Part shown: positions 55,394 to 64,000 of the stretch, piece by piece
Numbering within the stretch: position 1 is the first letter of the stretch
How the letters are laid out: each line of letters starts with the position of its first letter
Assembly (NCBI GenBank): GCA_963516025.1
Contig: CAUPZU010000012.1
Span: 11,749-75,748, forward strand
Reading direction: 5' to 3'
Length of the DNA stretch: 64,000 bases
Origin: Acinetobacter lwoffii
GTDB lineage: Bacteria > Pseudomonadota > Gammaproteobacteria > Pseudomonadales > Moraxellaceae
Program-made: the position numbers and the translations under genes
The notes under the pieces: generated by a model
What the model was told of the DNA's origin: nothing
The model's database searches: none
The model's input: the letters and a program-made list of their open reading frames with translations, nothing else

Positions 55394-56560
55394 TTAACGC
55401 CCTAACAGACCGCGGGCCACAATCTCCTTCATGATTTCATTGGTACCCCCATAAATCCGCTGGATCCGCGCATCAACGAAGAAACGTGAAATTGGATATT
55501 CAGTCATATAGCCATAACCCCCAAATAATTGCAGGAGATTGTCCGCGATTTTCATCTGCATATCGGTAGAAAAGCTCTTCAATGCCGCTGCAGTTTCTAC
55601 ATCCAGTTTCCCTTGCATATAAAGCTCAAGATTCTGGTTATAAAATGCTGCGGTCGCCAATTCATCAATTTTCGCTTGCGCAAGCACAAAACGGGTATTC
55701 TGGAATTGACCGATCGCCTGACCAAAAGCCTGACGCTCTTTCACATACTGTGTGGTCACATCAATAGATCCACGAATGGCGCCTAGAGCGGTGGCAGCAA
55801 TGGCGGTACGCTCACGCGGCAATTCCTGCATCAGGTAAGCAAATCCCTGTCCCGGCTGACCCAGTAATTGCTCCTTTGGCACTTTGACATTGTCGAAGAA
55901 CAGTTCAGACGTATCCTGAGCATGCAGACCAATCTTGTCCAAATTGGTGCCTTTTTTAAAGCCTTCCAGATGGGTATCGACCAGCAACAATGAAACGCCT
56001 TTGGCACGGGCTTGCGGATCGGTTTTGACGGCAAGCACCACTAAGTCAGCATGCTGACCATTGGAAATGAAGGTTTTTGAGCCATTTAACAGATAATGTT
56101 CATCCTGCAAGATGGCACTGGTGCGCATAGCTTGCAAATCTGAACCAGCACCCGGTTCAGTCATGCCGATCGCACCGACCACTTCACCGGTGACCATTTT
56201 TGGTAACCAGTATTTTTTCTGTTCTTCGGTACCGATATGCAGGATATACGGTGCTGCAATATCAGAATGGCAAGACAGACCTGTGGCAATGGCACTGTAT
56301 CCGGCACGTGCAGATTCTTCGATCAGCATCAATGAATAATCGGTCGGCACCCCATAGCCACCATATTCTTCCGGAACATCCACACACAAGAAGCCATTTT
56401 CACCGAGCGCATTCCAGACTGAACGCGGCATCAAACCTTCACGTTCCCACTGGTCATAGTACGGCACGACATGTTCGTTCATAAAGCGTTTAAAATTATC
56501 GCGGAATAATTCTAGATCGGCATCGTAGGCAAGCATTCTATTGTCCTTGTTGTTTATCAT
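55394..56560 (-). CDS. Acyl-CoA dehydrogenase (long-chain type)
   Basis: MTEPGAGSDLQ, GSKTFISNG, QDTSELFF, IYGGTNEIMK. Alternative start 56536. Confidence 0.93.
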   Translation of the reverse strand: MINNKDNRMLAYDADLELFRDNFKRFMNEHVVPYYDQWEREGLMPRSVWNALGENGFLCVDVPEEYGGYGVPTDYSLMLIEESARAGYSAIATGLSCHSDIAAPYILHIGTEEQKKYWLPKMVTGEVVGAIGMTEPGAGSDLQAMRTSAILQDEHYLLNGSKTFISNGQHADLVVLAVKTDPQARAKGVSLLLVDTHLEGFKKGTNLDKIGLHAQDTSELFFDNVKVPKEQLLGQPGQGFAYLMQELPRERTAIAATALGAIRGSIDVTTQYVKERQAFGQAIGQFQNTRFVLAQAKIDELATAAFYNQNLELYMQGKLDVETAAALKSFSTDMQMKIADNLLQLFGGYGYMTEYPISRFFVDARIQRIYGGTNEIMKEIVARGLLGR

Positions 56561-56644
56561 TTTAGTTTCCTTTTCACAGACTATCGACTTTCATGATCCC
56601 TGTCATGTGCCGGCATTCATCTTTTTACTAACTTCACAGTCAAT

Positions 56645-56672
56645 AAAAAAGGGAAGCCGAAGCTTCCCTTTT
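56645..56672 (-). terminator. dctA terminator
   Basis: AAAAAAGGGAAGC-CGAA-GCTTCCCTTT. Confidence 0.8.
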
Positions 56673-56695
56673 AGACACTAAAAACAGACTCAAAC

Positions 56696-58039
56696 TTAGT
56701 GAGCGTTATTGCCTTCTTGCGCCATTTTTTCATCAATTTCTGCAGGATTTGCTAAAGCATAGTTCAGCTTGTCCATATCTAACTGGCCCACCCATTTCGC
56801 AACCACTAAAGTCGCCAAAGAGTTACCGACCAGATTGGTCAAGGCACGAGCTTCAGACATGAAACGATCGATACCGAGAATCAATGCCAGACCTGCAACA
56901 GGAATATTCCCTACAGCAGCCAAAGTTGCCGCCATCACAATAAAGCCTGAACCAGTCACGCCTGCCGCACCCTTAGATGAGATCAGAAGTACCAGAAGCA
57001 GGGTAATTTGATGAGACAAGTCAAGTTGCGTATTGGTTGCTTGCGCAATAAAGATTGCAGCCATCGTCAAGTAAATCGACGTACCATCCAGGTTAAATGA
57101 ATAACCAGTTGGAATCACCAGACCTACCACCGACTTCTCTGCACCGGCAAGTTCCAGTTTCTTCAACATACGTGGCAGTACTGATTCTGAAGATGACGTC
57201 CCCAGTACAATCAGAAGTTCTTCGCGAATCAGGCGGATCATCTTCATGATGCTGAACCCTGCGAAACGCGCAATTGAGCCCAATACGATGAAAATAAACA
57301 GTACGCAGGTAACATAGAAACAAATGATCAACTGTGCCAGCTGAGCAAGAGAACCAATACCATATTTACCAATTGTAAACGCCATTGCACCAAATGCACC
57401 AATTGGAGCAAGTTTCATCACCATGTTCACGATGTTGAAAAACACATGTGAAATCTGGTCGATGAGTTTCAGGACTGGCTTGCCTTGATCACCGAGCTTA
57501 TGCAGTGCAAAACCAAAGATGATCGCGAACAATAGAACCTGCAGGATTTCGCCTTCCGCAAATGCGCCCACAACCGTATTTGGAATAATGTTCATCAGGA
57601 AGTCGATAGTCGATTGTGACTCACCTGAAGCAACATATTTACTGATGCCACTAGTATCCAGTGAAGCAGGATCAACGTTCATGCCCACACCAGGCTTGAC
57701 GATGTTAATCACGACCAGACCGATGACCAAAGCAATCGTGGATACGATCTCGAAGTAAAGTAAAGCCACACCACCAGTTTTACCGACTGATTTCATGCTT
57801 TCCATACCTGCAATACCGCTCACTACGGTACAGAAAATTACAGGTGCGATAATCATTTTAATCAGACGGATAAATGCATCACCAAGCGGTTTAAGCTGTT
57901 CGCCCAAGCCAGGGACATGCTGTTCTACGCCATTGATAATTTGCGTACCACTAGGCGAAAAATGCCCGACCAGAATACCTGCGATAATGGCCACAATCAC
58001 TTGAAAATACAGTGACTTATAAATTGGTTGTTTCGCCAT
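56696..58039 (-). CDS. dctA: C4-dicarboxylate:H+ symporter DctA
   Basis: [53 protein letters not shown]. Confidence 0.95.
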   Translation of the reverse strand: MAKQPIYKSLYFQVIVAIIAGILVGHFSPSGTQIINGVEQHVPGLGEQLKPLGDAFIRLIKMIIAPVIFCTVVSGIAGMESMKSVGKTGGVALLYFEIVSTIALVIGLVVINIVKPGVGMNVDPASLDTSGISKYVASGESQSTIDFLMNIIPNTVVGAFAEGEILQVLLFAIIFGFALHKLGDQGKPVLKLIDQISHVFFNIVNMVMKLAPIGAFGAMAFTIGKYGIGSLAQLAQLIICFYVTCVLFIFIVLGSIARFAGFSIMKMIRLIREELLIVLGTSSSESVLPRMLKKLELAGAEKSVVGLVIPTGYSFNLDGTSIYLTMAAIFIAQATNTQLDLSHQITLLLVLLISSKGAAGVTGSGFIVMAATLAAVGNIPVAGLALILGIDRFMSEARALTNLVGNSLATLVVAKWVGQLDMDKLNYALANPAEIDEKMAQEGNNAH

Positions 58040-58448
58040 AATAAATCTACTTGAACGATATCAAAAATAAGAAAGACCATTTTGAGAAATATACTGACCT
58101 CTTCATCCCTTCTCAGGATGAACCGGATCAAGTCTCAAAAGGCTCAAGAGAATGTTCAAAAATGATAATCAGCCATGCATTGAATCTGACACTCAAGTAT
58201 CAGACCAAAGTATTAAATGGGAGAAAGAGATTAAGAAAAATTAAACAGACTCTAAAAATTGCCTAAATTTTACCGAATATTCAGACTAAATGTGCATAAC
58301 TTATTATGCGCTTGTTTATGTTTTAACCAGAATAGATTAGACATTAGTCGATAATCAGATTTAACTGATTGTTTTACGTATACTGAAATGTTTATGGATT
58401 TTCACCCTCTCCCTTGACATTAATATTTTCTGCAAGCTGTAAAAAGTT

Positions 58449-59450
58449 ATGAATACCAAAAGAAATATTTATAAAGATTTCGAACATCCCTTTGCCCAAT
58501 ATGTACGCATTGTGGGTAAAGGGAAAAATGGCGCCCGCTCTCTCTGCTATGATGAAGCCTATCAAGCCTTCAGTATGATTTTGAAAAATGAAGTGCTGGA
58601 TGTGCAGTTAGGTGCATTCTTGATGTTATTGCGGGTCAAGGAAGAATCTGTAGATGAGTTGGCCGGTTTTGTACAGGCGACACGTGACCAGCTGAGTTTC
58701 AAAAAACTGGATGTCGATCTGGACTGGTCTTCATATGCGGGCAAGCGCAAGCATTATCCATGGTTTATTCTGGCAGCCCTGACACTGGCCAAGCATGGTT
58801 ATAATATTGTGATGCATGGTGCCTCGGGCCATACCATGAACCGCGTTTACACCGAACAGGTGCTGACTTACTTAGGCTATCCAATCTGTCAAAATGATGC
58901 CGAGGTTGAACAGCAACTTCTACAACAAAATTTTGCTTACATACCGTTAGAAGTAATTTCTCCGATTCTTGCGGACTTGATTGCGCTGCGTAATGTCATG
59001 GGCTTACGCTCCCCAATTCATACCCTGGCGCGTCTGATCAATCCCTTTAATGCCAAAGCAACCCTGCAAGCCATTTTCCATCCAGCATATCGTGGTTCGC
59101 ATCAGCAAGCAGCTTTCCGCTTGGGCTATAAAAATAGTGCCGTGATTAAAGGTGAAGGGGGCGAATTCGAGCGTAATCCGGATGCCAAAACGCTCATCTG
59201 TGGCATTAAAGATGGCCTGCTCTATGAGCATGAATTGCCAAAGCTCACTGACAACCGCAGTCCAATTGAAGAAGAACTGGATCTGGCGCTATTTAAGGCT
59301 GTCTGGGACGGTCAGCAAAGCCATGATTATGGCGAGATTGCAGTGATAGAAACTATGGGCATTGCGCTATATACCATGGGCGTGTGTGACAGCTTTGAAG
59401 CTGCGATGCAAAAAGCCAAAATCTTATGGGCGAATCGCCACACGGTTTAA
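58449..59450 (+). CDS. TrpD-like glycosyltransferase family 3 protein (YbiB-like)
   Basis: GKGKNGARSL, QLGAFLMLLRVKEE, SYAGKR, RNVMGLRS, KGEGGE. Confidence 0.85.
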   Translation: MNTKRNIYKDFEHPFAQYVRIVGKGKNGARSLCYDEAYQAFSMILKNEVLDVQLGAFLMLLRVKEESVDELAGFVQATRDQLSFKKLDVDLDWSSYAGKRKHYPWFILAALTLAKHGYNIVMHGASGHTMNRVYTEQVLTYLGYPICQNDAEVEQQLLQQNFAYIPLEVISPILADLIALRNVMGLRSPIHTLARLINPFNAKATLQAIFHPAYRGSHQQAAFRLGYKNSAVIKGEGGEFERNPDAKTLICGIKDGLLYEHELPKLTDNRSPIEEELDLALFKAVWDGQQSHDYGEIAVIETMGIALYTMGVCDSFEAAMQKAKILWANRHTV

Positions 59451-59463
59451 TCTTGTGCAAAAG

Positions 59464-59501
59464 AAAAAAGCATTGTTCAGTGAATGAACAATGCTTTTTT
59501 T
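59464..59501. terminator. Bidirectional terminator
   Basis: AAAAAAGCATTGTTCA...TGAACAATGCTTTTTT. Confidence 0.85.
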
Positions 59502-59532
59502 AATTGTATTGCTATTGGCTGGGAATTAAGCC

Positions 59533-59805
59533 TTAAACAAAACGAATCGGCTTGAATTCAGGTTCATTCTTGTGATGATCATCATCACACTCTTCACCCT
59601 CTTCTTTAGTACCGCGATCGATATAACCGCTGCGCTCATTTTCAGGCAGGTTTTTCATTTCCCAGGCATACACTGCCTGCATACAGGTCTGACGTTGTTC
59701 TGGTGTCAAGGCTACACCGTTTGGCCACTTTCCAATTTCGACTGCTGTTCTTAGGCGTTCAACAATCTCAGGATTGAGTACGGCAAGCATTTGTTCAATA
59801 TTCAT
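59533..59805 (-). CDS. YeaC (DUF1315) family protein
   Basis: PEIVERLRTAVEIGKWPNGVALTPEQRQTCMQAV. Confidence 0.85.
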   Translation of the reverse strand: MNIEQMLAVLNPEIVERLRTAVEIGKWPNGVALTPEQRQTCMQAVYAWEMKNLPENERSGYIDRGTKEEGEECDDDHHKNEPEFKPIRFV

Positions 59806-59808
59806 GAT

Positions 59809-60711
59809 TTAATCCTGCTTAAAATAATCAAAGTCCTGATTCCACCCCAGTTTGGTTCGACAGGCATTATAAAAGTCATAACCCGGTGGATGCAGAAGAT
59901 TCAGTTTAAAGGGATGCTTGCGAATATGGACGCTATCACCCACATTCAAAGACACACTGTGTTGTCCATCCGCACTAACCATCGGCAGTACGCGATTTTC
60001 ACGAATCAGTAATTTAATTTCACTATGTCCACCGACCACAATCGGGCGTGAAGACAAGGTATGCGGATGCATCGGTACCAAGGCAATCGCATCCATACTT
60101 GGATGTACAATCGGGCCACCACCAGAAAGCGCATAAGCCGTAGAACCAGTCGGCGTAGAGACTATCAGGCCATCGCTGTGCTGACGATAGACATATTGTC
60201 CATCAATATTCAGTTCAAAATCGATCATATGTACCGATTTCCCTGAATGTAGCACCACATCATTTAGAGCAATGGCATCGTAAATCACTTCACCTTTGGA
60301 GCGAATTTCGACTTCGAGTAAAAAGCGTCGCTCAGTCTGAAAGTCACCCTTTAATACCTGATCCAGCTTGAATATCACTTCAGTCGGCTTGATATCCGTT
60401 AAAAAACCCAGACGACCACGGTTAACCCCGATCACCGGGGTATTGTACTTGACCAAGGCGCGTGCTGCATGTAATAGCGAGCCGTCACCGCCCACGACAA
60501 TCACCAGATCCACCACCTCACCCAATAAGGCACGACTGACGGTTTGGGTATTTTGATAGGGAACAAGTTCAGCTGTCGCTGCATCAAAAACTGGGTGTAG
60601 GCCTAAATTGAGAAGATGATCGTGAATAAGGCATAAGGTTTCAACCACCGACGATTTATCAGGACGTCCTATTAACCCGATATTTCGAAAGGTCTTATGG
60701 GAAATTTGCAC
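59809..60711 (-). CDS. nadK: NAD+ kinase
   Basis: GGDGS, GRLGFLTD, LND, STPTGSTAYALSGGGP. Probable GTG start with GGAG RBS. Confidence 0.93.
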   Translation of the reverse strand: MQISHKTFRNIGLIGRPDKSSVVETLCLIHDHLLNLGLHPVFDAATAELVPYQNTQTVSRALLGEVVDLVIVVGGDGSLLHAARALVKYNTPVIGVNRGRLGFLTDIKPTEVIFKLDQVLKGDFQTERRFLLEVEIRSKGEVIYDAIALNDVVLHSGKSVHMIDFELNIDGQYVYRQHSDGLIVSTPTGSTAYALSGGGPIVHPSMDAIALVPMHPHTLSSRPIVVGGHSEIKLLIRENRVLPMVSADGQHSVSLNVGDSVHIRKHPFKLNLLHPPGYDFYNACRTKLGWNQDFDYFKQD

Positions 60712-60938
60712 CAGTGTCGTCGCTCCGCTACGAATCCTGCTTATCATAACATTAAGCTATACCTGGATGACAATTTATAACAGTGCTTCATAGGTAGGAA
60801 ATTATTTGAAATATATTCGAATTAAGGAGAAATTGTGGGGTTTCATTTTAATTTTAAGCGCATTTCTTGATTAAATATTGCAAAATAATGAAAAGCTTCG
60901 CATGATTAGCACAATTTCACAGGATCTTATAAGTATTT

Positions 60939-63329
60939 ATGAAATCTGAACGTGGCATGGGGTTTCTTGCCTTAATTTTTTCTATTATTGTCATTTCTAT
61001 CTTTGTAGCATTTAGTATCTATTTGATTAGATTAGACAATATTGTACGCGACAAGTTTGAAGGTCAGCGCTGGGATATTCCGGCCAAGGTCTTCGCACGT
61101 CCGATGGAAGTGTACGTGAATGCCCCAGTCAGCCTGCAGGATTTCCAACAAGAATTAAAATTACTCGGTTATAAAAATTCGGATAGTTATACTAAATCAG
61201 GCAACTTTGTCACCACGGGTAATACCCTGTATGTGCATACACGCGGCTTTGATTTTGGTGACCGGGTTGAACCGGAACAAATATTGAAAGTCAGTTTCAG
61301 CGGTGAACAGATTGCAGAAGTCAGCGCAACCAAACCGTCTTCAAGCGGGATTGCGCGTTTAGAACCTTTATTAATTGGTGGGATTTATCCGCAGCATAAC
61401 GAAGACCGTGTGCTGATCAAGCTAAATAAAGTGCCTAAGCCCTTGATCGAAGCGCTGATCGCGACCGAAGACCGTAAGTTCTATGAGCATCATGGGGTTT
61501 CACCGCGTGGTATTGCACGTGCCGTAGTCAGCAATATTACCGGTGGTAAACGTCAGGGTGGCTCAACCTTGACCCAGCAGCTGGTCAAAAATTTCTATTT
61601 AACCCCTGAGCGCACCTTAAAACGTAAAGTGAATGAAGCCTTTATGGCGATGCTGATTGAATTGCATTATGACAAGAATGAAATTCTAGAAGCTTATCTG
61701 AATGAGGTAAATCTCGGCCAGAATGGTAACTACTCCATTAATGGTTATGGTCTGGCATCGCAGTTTTATTTTGGCCTGCCACTGCGTGAACTGAATATTT
61801 CCCAGCAAGCATTTTTGGTGGGTTTAGTCCAAGGCCCGAGTCTATACAATCCATGGCGCAATCCTGAAAGTGCGAAAAAACGCCGTGATATCGTCCTGAA
61901 TAATATGCTGGTGATGGGCTATCTGACTCAGGAACAATATGAAAAAGAAACCGCACGTCCGTTAAATGTTATTTCAAAACCGACTTTAGGCCCTGCCCGC
62001 TTCCCGGATTTTCTGGATATCGTACGTCGTCAATTACGTACAGATTATCAGGAAACCGATCTGACCAATCAGGGTCTGCGAATTTTCACCACTTTAGATC
62101 CTTTAGCCCAAACCAGAATTCAGGACAGCTTTAAAGAGACGGTGGCGCGTTTAAGTAAATCCAATCCGGGTCGCCTGAAAGATTTACAAGGTGCGGTATT
62201 GGTATCGCATCCGGAAAATGGTGAGCTGGTAGCCGCAGTAGGTTCTACTCAAGATTTTACCGGCTTTAACCGTGCAGTCGATGCCAAGCGTCAAGTCGGT
62301 TCCCTGCTAAAACCGGTGATCTACCTGAGTGCCCTGGAATCGAACCGTTATCACTGGGCAAGCCCAATTGAAGACAGTGAAATCAGCATCAAGAGTGATG
62401 GCAAAACCTGGACGCCGAAAAACTATAGTGGTCGCGGACATGGTGTCATTCCAATGTCACAAGCCTTATCGCAATCTTATAACCTGTCCACTGTGCGTTT
62501 AGCACAAGAATTTGGTCTGTCCACCTTTATTAATCATCTGAAAAAATTTGGTGTGACCTCAGATATTCCATCTTATCCATCGATTTACTTGGGTGCGGTA
62601 GATATGTCCCCGATGGAAGTGATGAATATTTACGGCAACTTTGCTACAGGCGGCTTTAAATACCCAACCAAAGCCATCCGCTCTGTGGTGGATGCCAACG
62701 GCCGCTCTCTGGATCGTTATAGCCTGAGTGTACAACCGACCATTGATCCAGCTTCTGCTTATGCCCTGAATTATGGCTTACAAGAGGTCATGTCGAATGG
62801 TACAGGTCGTGCAGCCTATAACAGCTTACCACGCAGTCTGAATCTTGCTGGTAAGTCAGGTACTACGAATGACAGCCGTGACTCATGGTTTGCCGGATAC
62901 TCAGGTAATTATATGACCGTGGTTTGGCTCGGTCTGGATGACAACAAAGTCACTGGCTTAACCGGTTCTTCAGGTGCCCTGCCCGTTTGGACCAATGTCA
63001 TGAAACAGTTGCGCCAGAAACCGGTGAATCTGCCACAGCCGAATGAAATCGAATGGCATTGGCTAGATCGTCATACGGGTTTATTGTCTGCACAAGGCTG
63101 TGAAGGCGCCATGTATATCCCGATTTCGCGTCATGCCCTGCCAAATCAGGCGACTGCCTGCGGCATCTCGCATTATGCGACGGAACCTTATGATATTGAT
63201 TCAGAACCTGCGCCATCTGATGCTGAACAGGATGATATGAGTCGCTACATACAAGAAAGTGAAACAGAAATAGAACGCGATCTTGAGAGCGAAACCCGTA
63301 TTATCGCCAGTGGAAGTTATAGCCATTAA
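60939..63329 (+). CDS. mrcB: Penicillin-binding protein 1B
   Basis: TM, UB2H region, EDRKFYEHHG, QGGSTLTQQLVKN, SLLK, SYN, KSG. Confidence 0.95.
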   Translation: MKSERGMGFLALIFSIIVISIFVAFSIYLIRLDNIVRDKFEGQRWDIPAKVFARPMEVYVNAPVSLQDFQQELKLLGYKNSDSYTKSGNFVTTGNTLYVHTRGFDFGDRVEPEQILKVSFSGEQIAEVSATKPSSSGIARLEPLLIGGIYPQHNEDRVLIKLNKVPKPLIEALIATEDRKFYEHHGVSPRGIARAVVSNITGGKRQGGSTLTQQLVKNFYLTPERTLKRKVNEAFMAMLIELHYDKNEILEAYLNEVNLGQNGNYSINGYGLASQFYFGLPLRELNISQQAFLVGLVQGPSLYNPWRNPESAKKRRDIVLNNMLVMGYLTQEQYEKETARPLNVISKPTLGPARFPDFLDIVRRQLRTDYQETDLTNQGLRIFTTLDPLAQTRIQDSFKETVARLSKSNPGRLKDLQGAVLVSHPENGELVAAVGSTQDFTGFNRAVDAKRQVGSLLKPVIYLSALESNRYHWASPIEDSEISIKSDGKTWTPKNYSGRGHGVIPMSQALSQSYNLSTVRLAQEFGLSTFINHLKKFGVTSDIPSYPSIYLGAVDMSPMEVMNIYGNFATGGFKYPTKAIRSVVDANGRSLDRYSLSVQPTIDPASAYALNYGLQEVMSNGTGRAAYNSLPRSLNLAGKSGTTNDSRDSWFAGYSGNYMTVVWLGLDDNKVTGLTGSSGALPVWTNVMKQLRQKPVNLPQPNEIEWHWLDRHTGLLSAQGCEGAMYIPISRHALPNQATACGISHYATEPYDIDSEPAPSDAEQDDMSRYIQESETEIERDLESETRIIASGSYSH

Positions 63330-63337
63330 TTGAGTCT

Positions 63338-63889
63338 ATGTTTATGTTAAGAAAAATCCTCCCTGGTTTGCTCATCCTCAGTCTGGTGGGCTGCCAAAGT
63401 ATCTCTGAGCCAGAAAAGCCAGTTACCCCAGTCAAGCCTGCGACGGAAAAACCTAAGGCAAAAACGCCAGACAGCGTAGTGATTACGCCTTATGACCGTC
63501 CTGACATCAAACGTCAGAAAATTGTCATTCCTGAACAGAAGCCGAAAAGCCAAAAGTTTGATGATGGCCGTAATCTGCCGGCTTTCAAAAGTCTGATGCA
63601 GCAAACCCAGCAGGCCTATACCAAGCAGCAGTTCGCTCAAGCTGAAGCGTCTGCAACTCAGGCACAGCGACTGGCCCCTCAGGCACCGGAAACCTATTTA
63701 TACTTGGGTATGATTGCTAACCGTAAAAATCAGCCAGCAAGCGCCGATGCTTTTGCCTTACGTGGCCTGAGTTATGCACAATCTAGTGCCATGAAAAAGC
63801 AGCTTTGGCAAGTGCGCCTTAAATCTGCTCAGTTGCGGAAAAATGCCAAAGCGATTCAGCAAGCCCAACAGGCACTCAAAAAGCTTTAA
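63338..63889 (+). CDS. lpoP: TPR-containing lipoprotein, probable LpoP-type PBP1B activator
   Basis: Lipobox LVGC, Pro/Lys-rich linker, TPR-like C-terminus; 8 nt downstream of mrcB. Confidence 0.7.
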   Translation: MFMLRKILPGLLILSLVGCQSISEPEKPVTPVKPATEKPKAKTPDSVVITPYDRPDIKRQKIVIPEQKPKSQKFDDGRNLPAFKSLMQQTQQAYTKQQFAQAEASATQAQRLAPQAPETYLYLGMIANRKNQPASADAFALRGLSYAQSSAMKKQLWQVRLKSAQLRKNAKAIQQAQQALKKL

Positions 63890-64000
63890 GATAATTTTCT
63901 ATAGAAACTGACTTACCAATAGAAAGTTTATTTTCTAAATAAAGTGTTTAAATATAGCGAATGCCGGCAATGCCATAAGCATGCTGGCTTTTTGCATAAT

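Overview
Chromosomal segment of about 64 kb, very probably from an Acinetobacter (inferred from the 84-aa CsrA, the TyrA-AroA fusion, the PBP1B-LpoP pair and the gene order). Most of it is housekeeping: ychF, sodA, purT-glnD-dapC, msrB-gpx, alaA, icd, rluE, slyD, hisZ-purA, alaS-lysC-csrA, rnhB, pheA-hisC-tyrA/aroA, dctA, nadK, mrcB. I saw no rRNA, tRNA, CRISPR array, integrase or transposase. The most interesting signals are: (1) an AlaA aminotransferase with a 66-aa N-terminal domain resembling TraK/StbA-type DNA-binding domains, plus a perfect 12-bp inverted repeat over its own promoter/RBS whose half-site recurs upstream of the next gene (an MFS transporter), suggesting an enzyme-regulator circuit; (2) a structured leader with mutually exclusive pairings, resembling the NMT1/xanthine riboswitch, upstream of an NCS2 permease-adenine deaminase operon; (3) small ORFs absent from the track (a 33-aa membrane peptide behind Fur-boxed MnSOD and a 43-aa poly-Q basic peptide); (4) an HprRS-like two-component system with a palindromic box facing secreted HbpS-like and HiuH genes; (5) a Gly/Ile/Leu repeat protein with hierarchical 123/246-bp repeats; (6) two paralogous four-Cys lipoproteins flanking a cytochrome b561. 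All family assignments come from motif recognition, not database searches.
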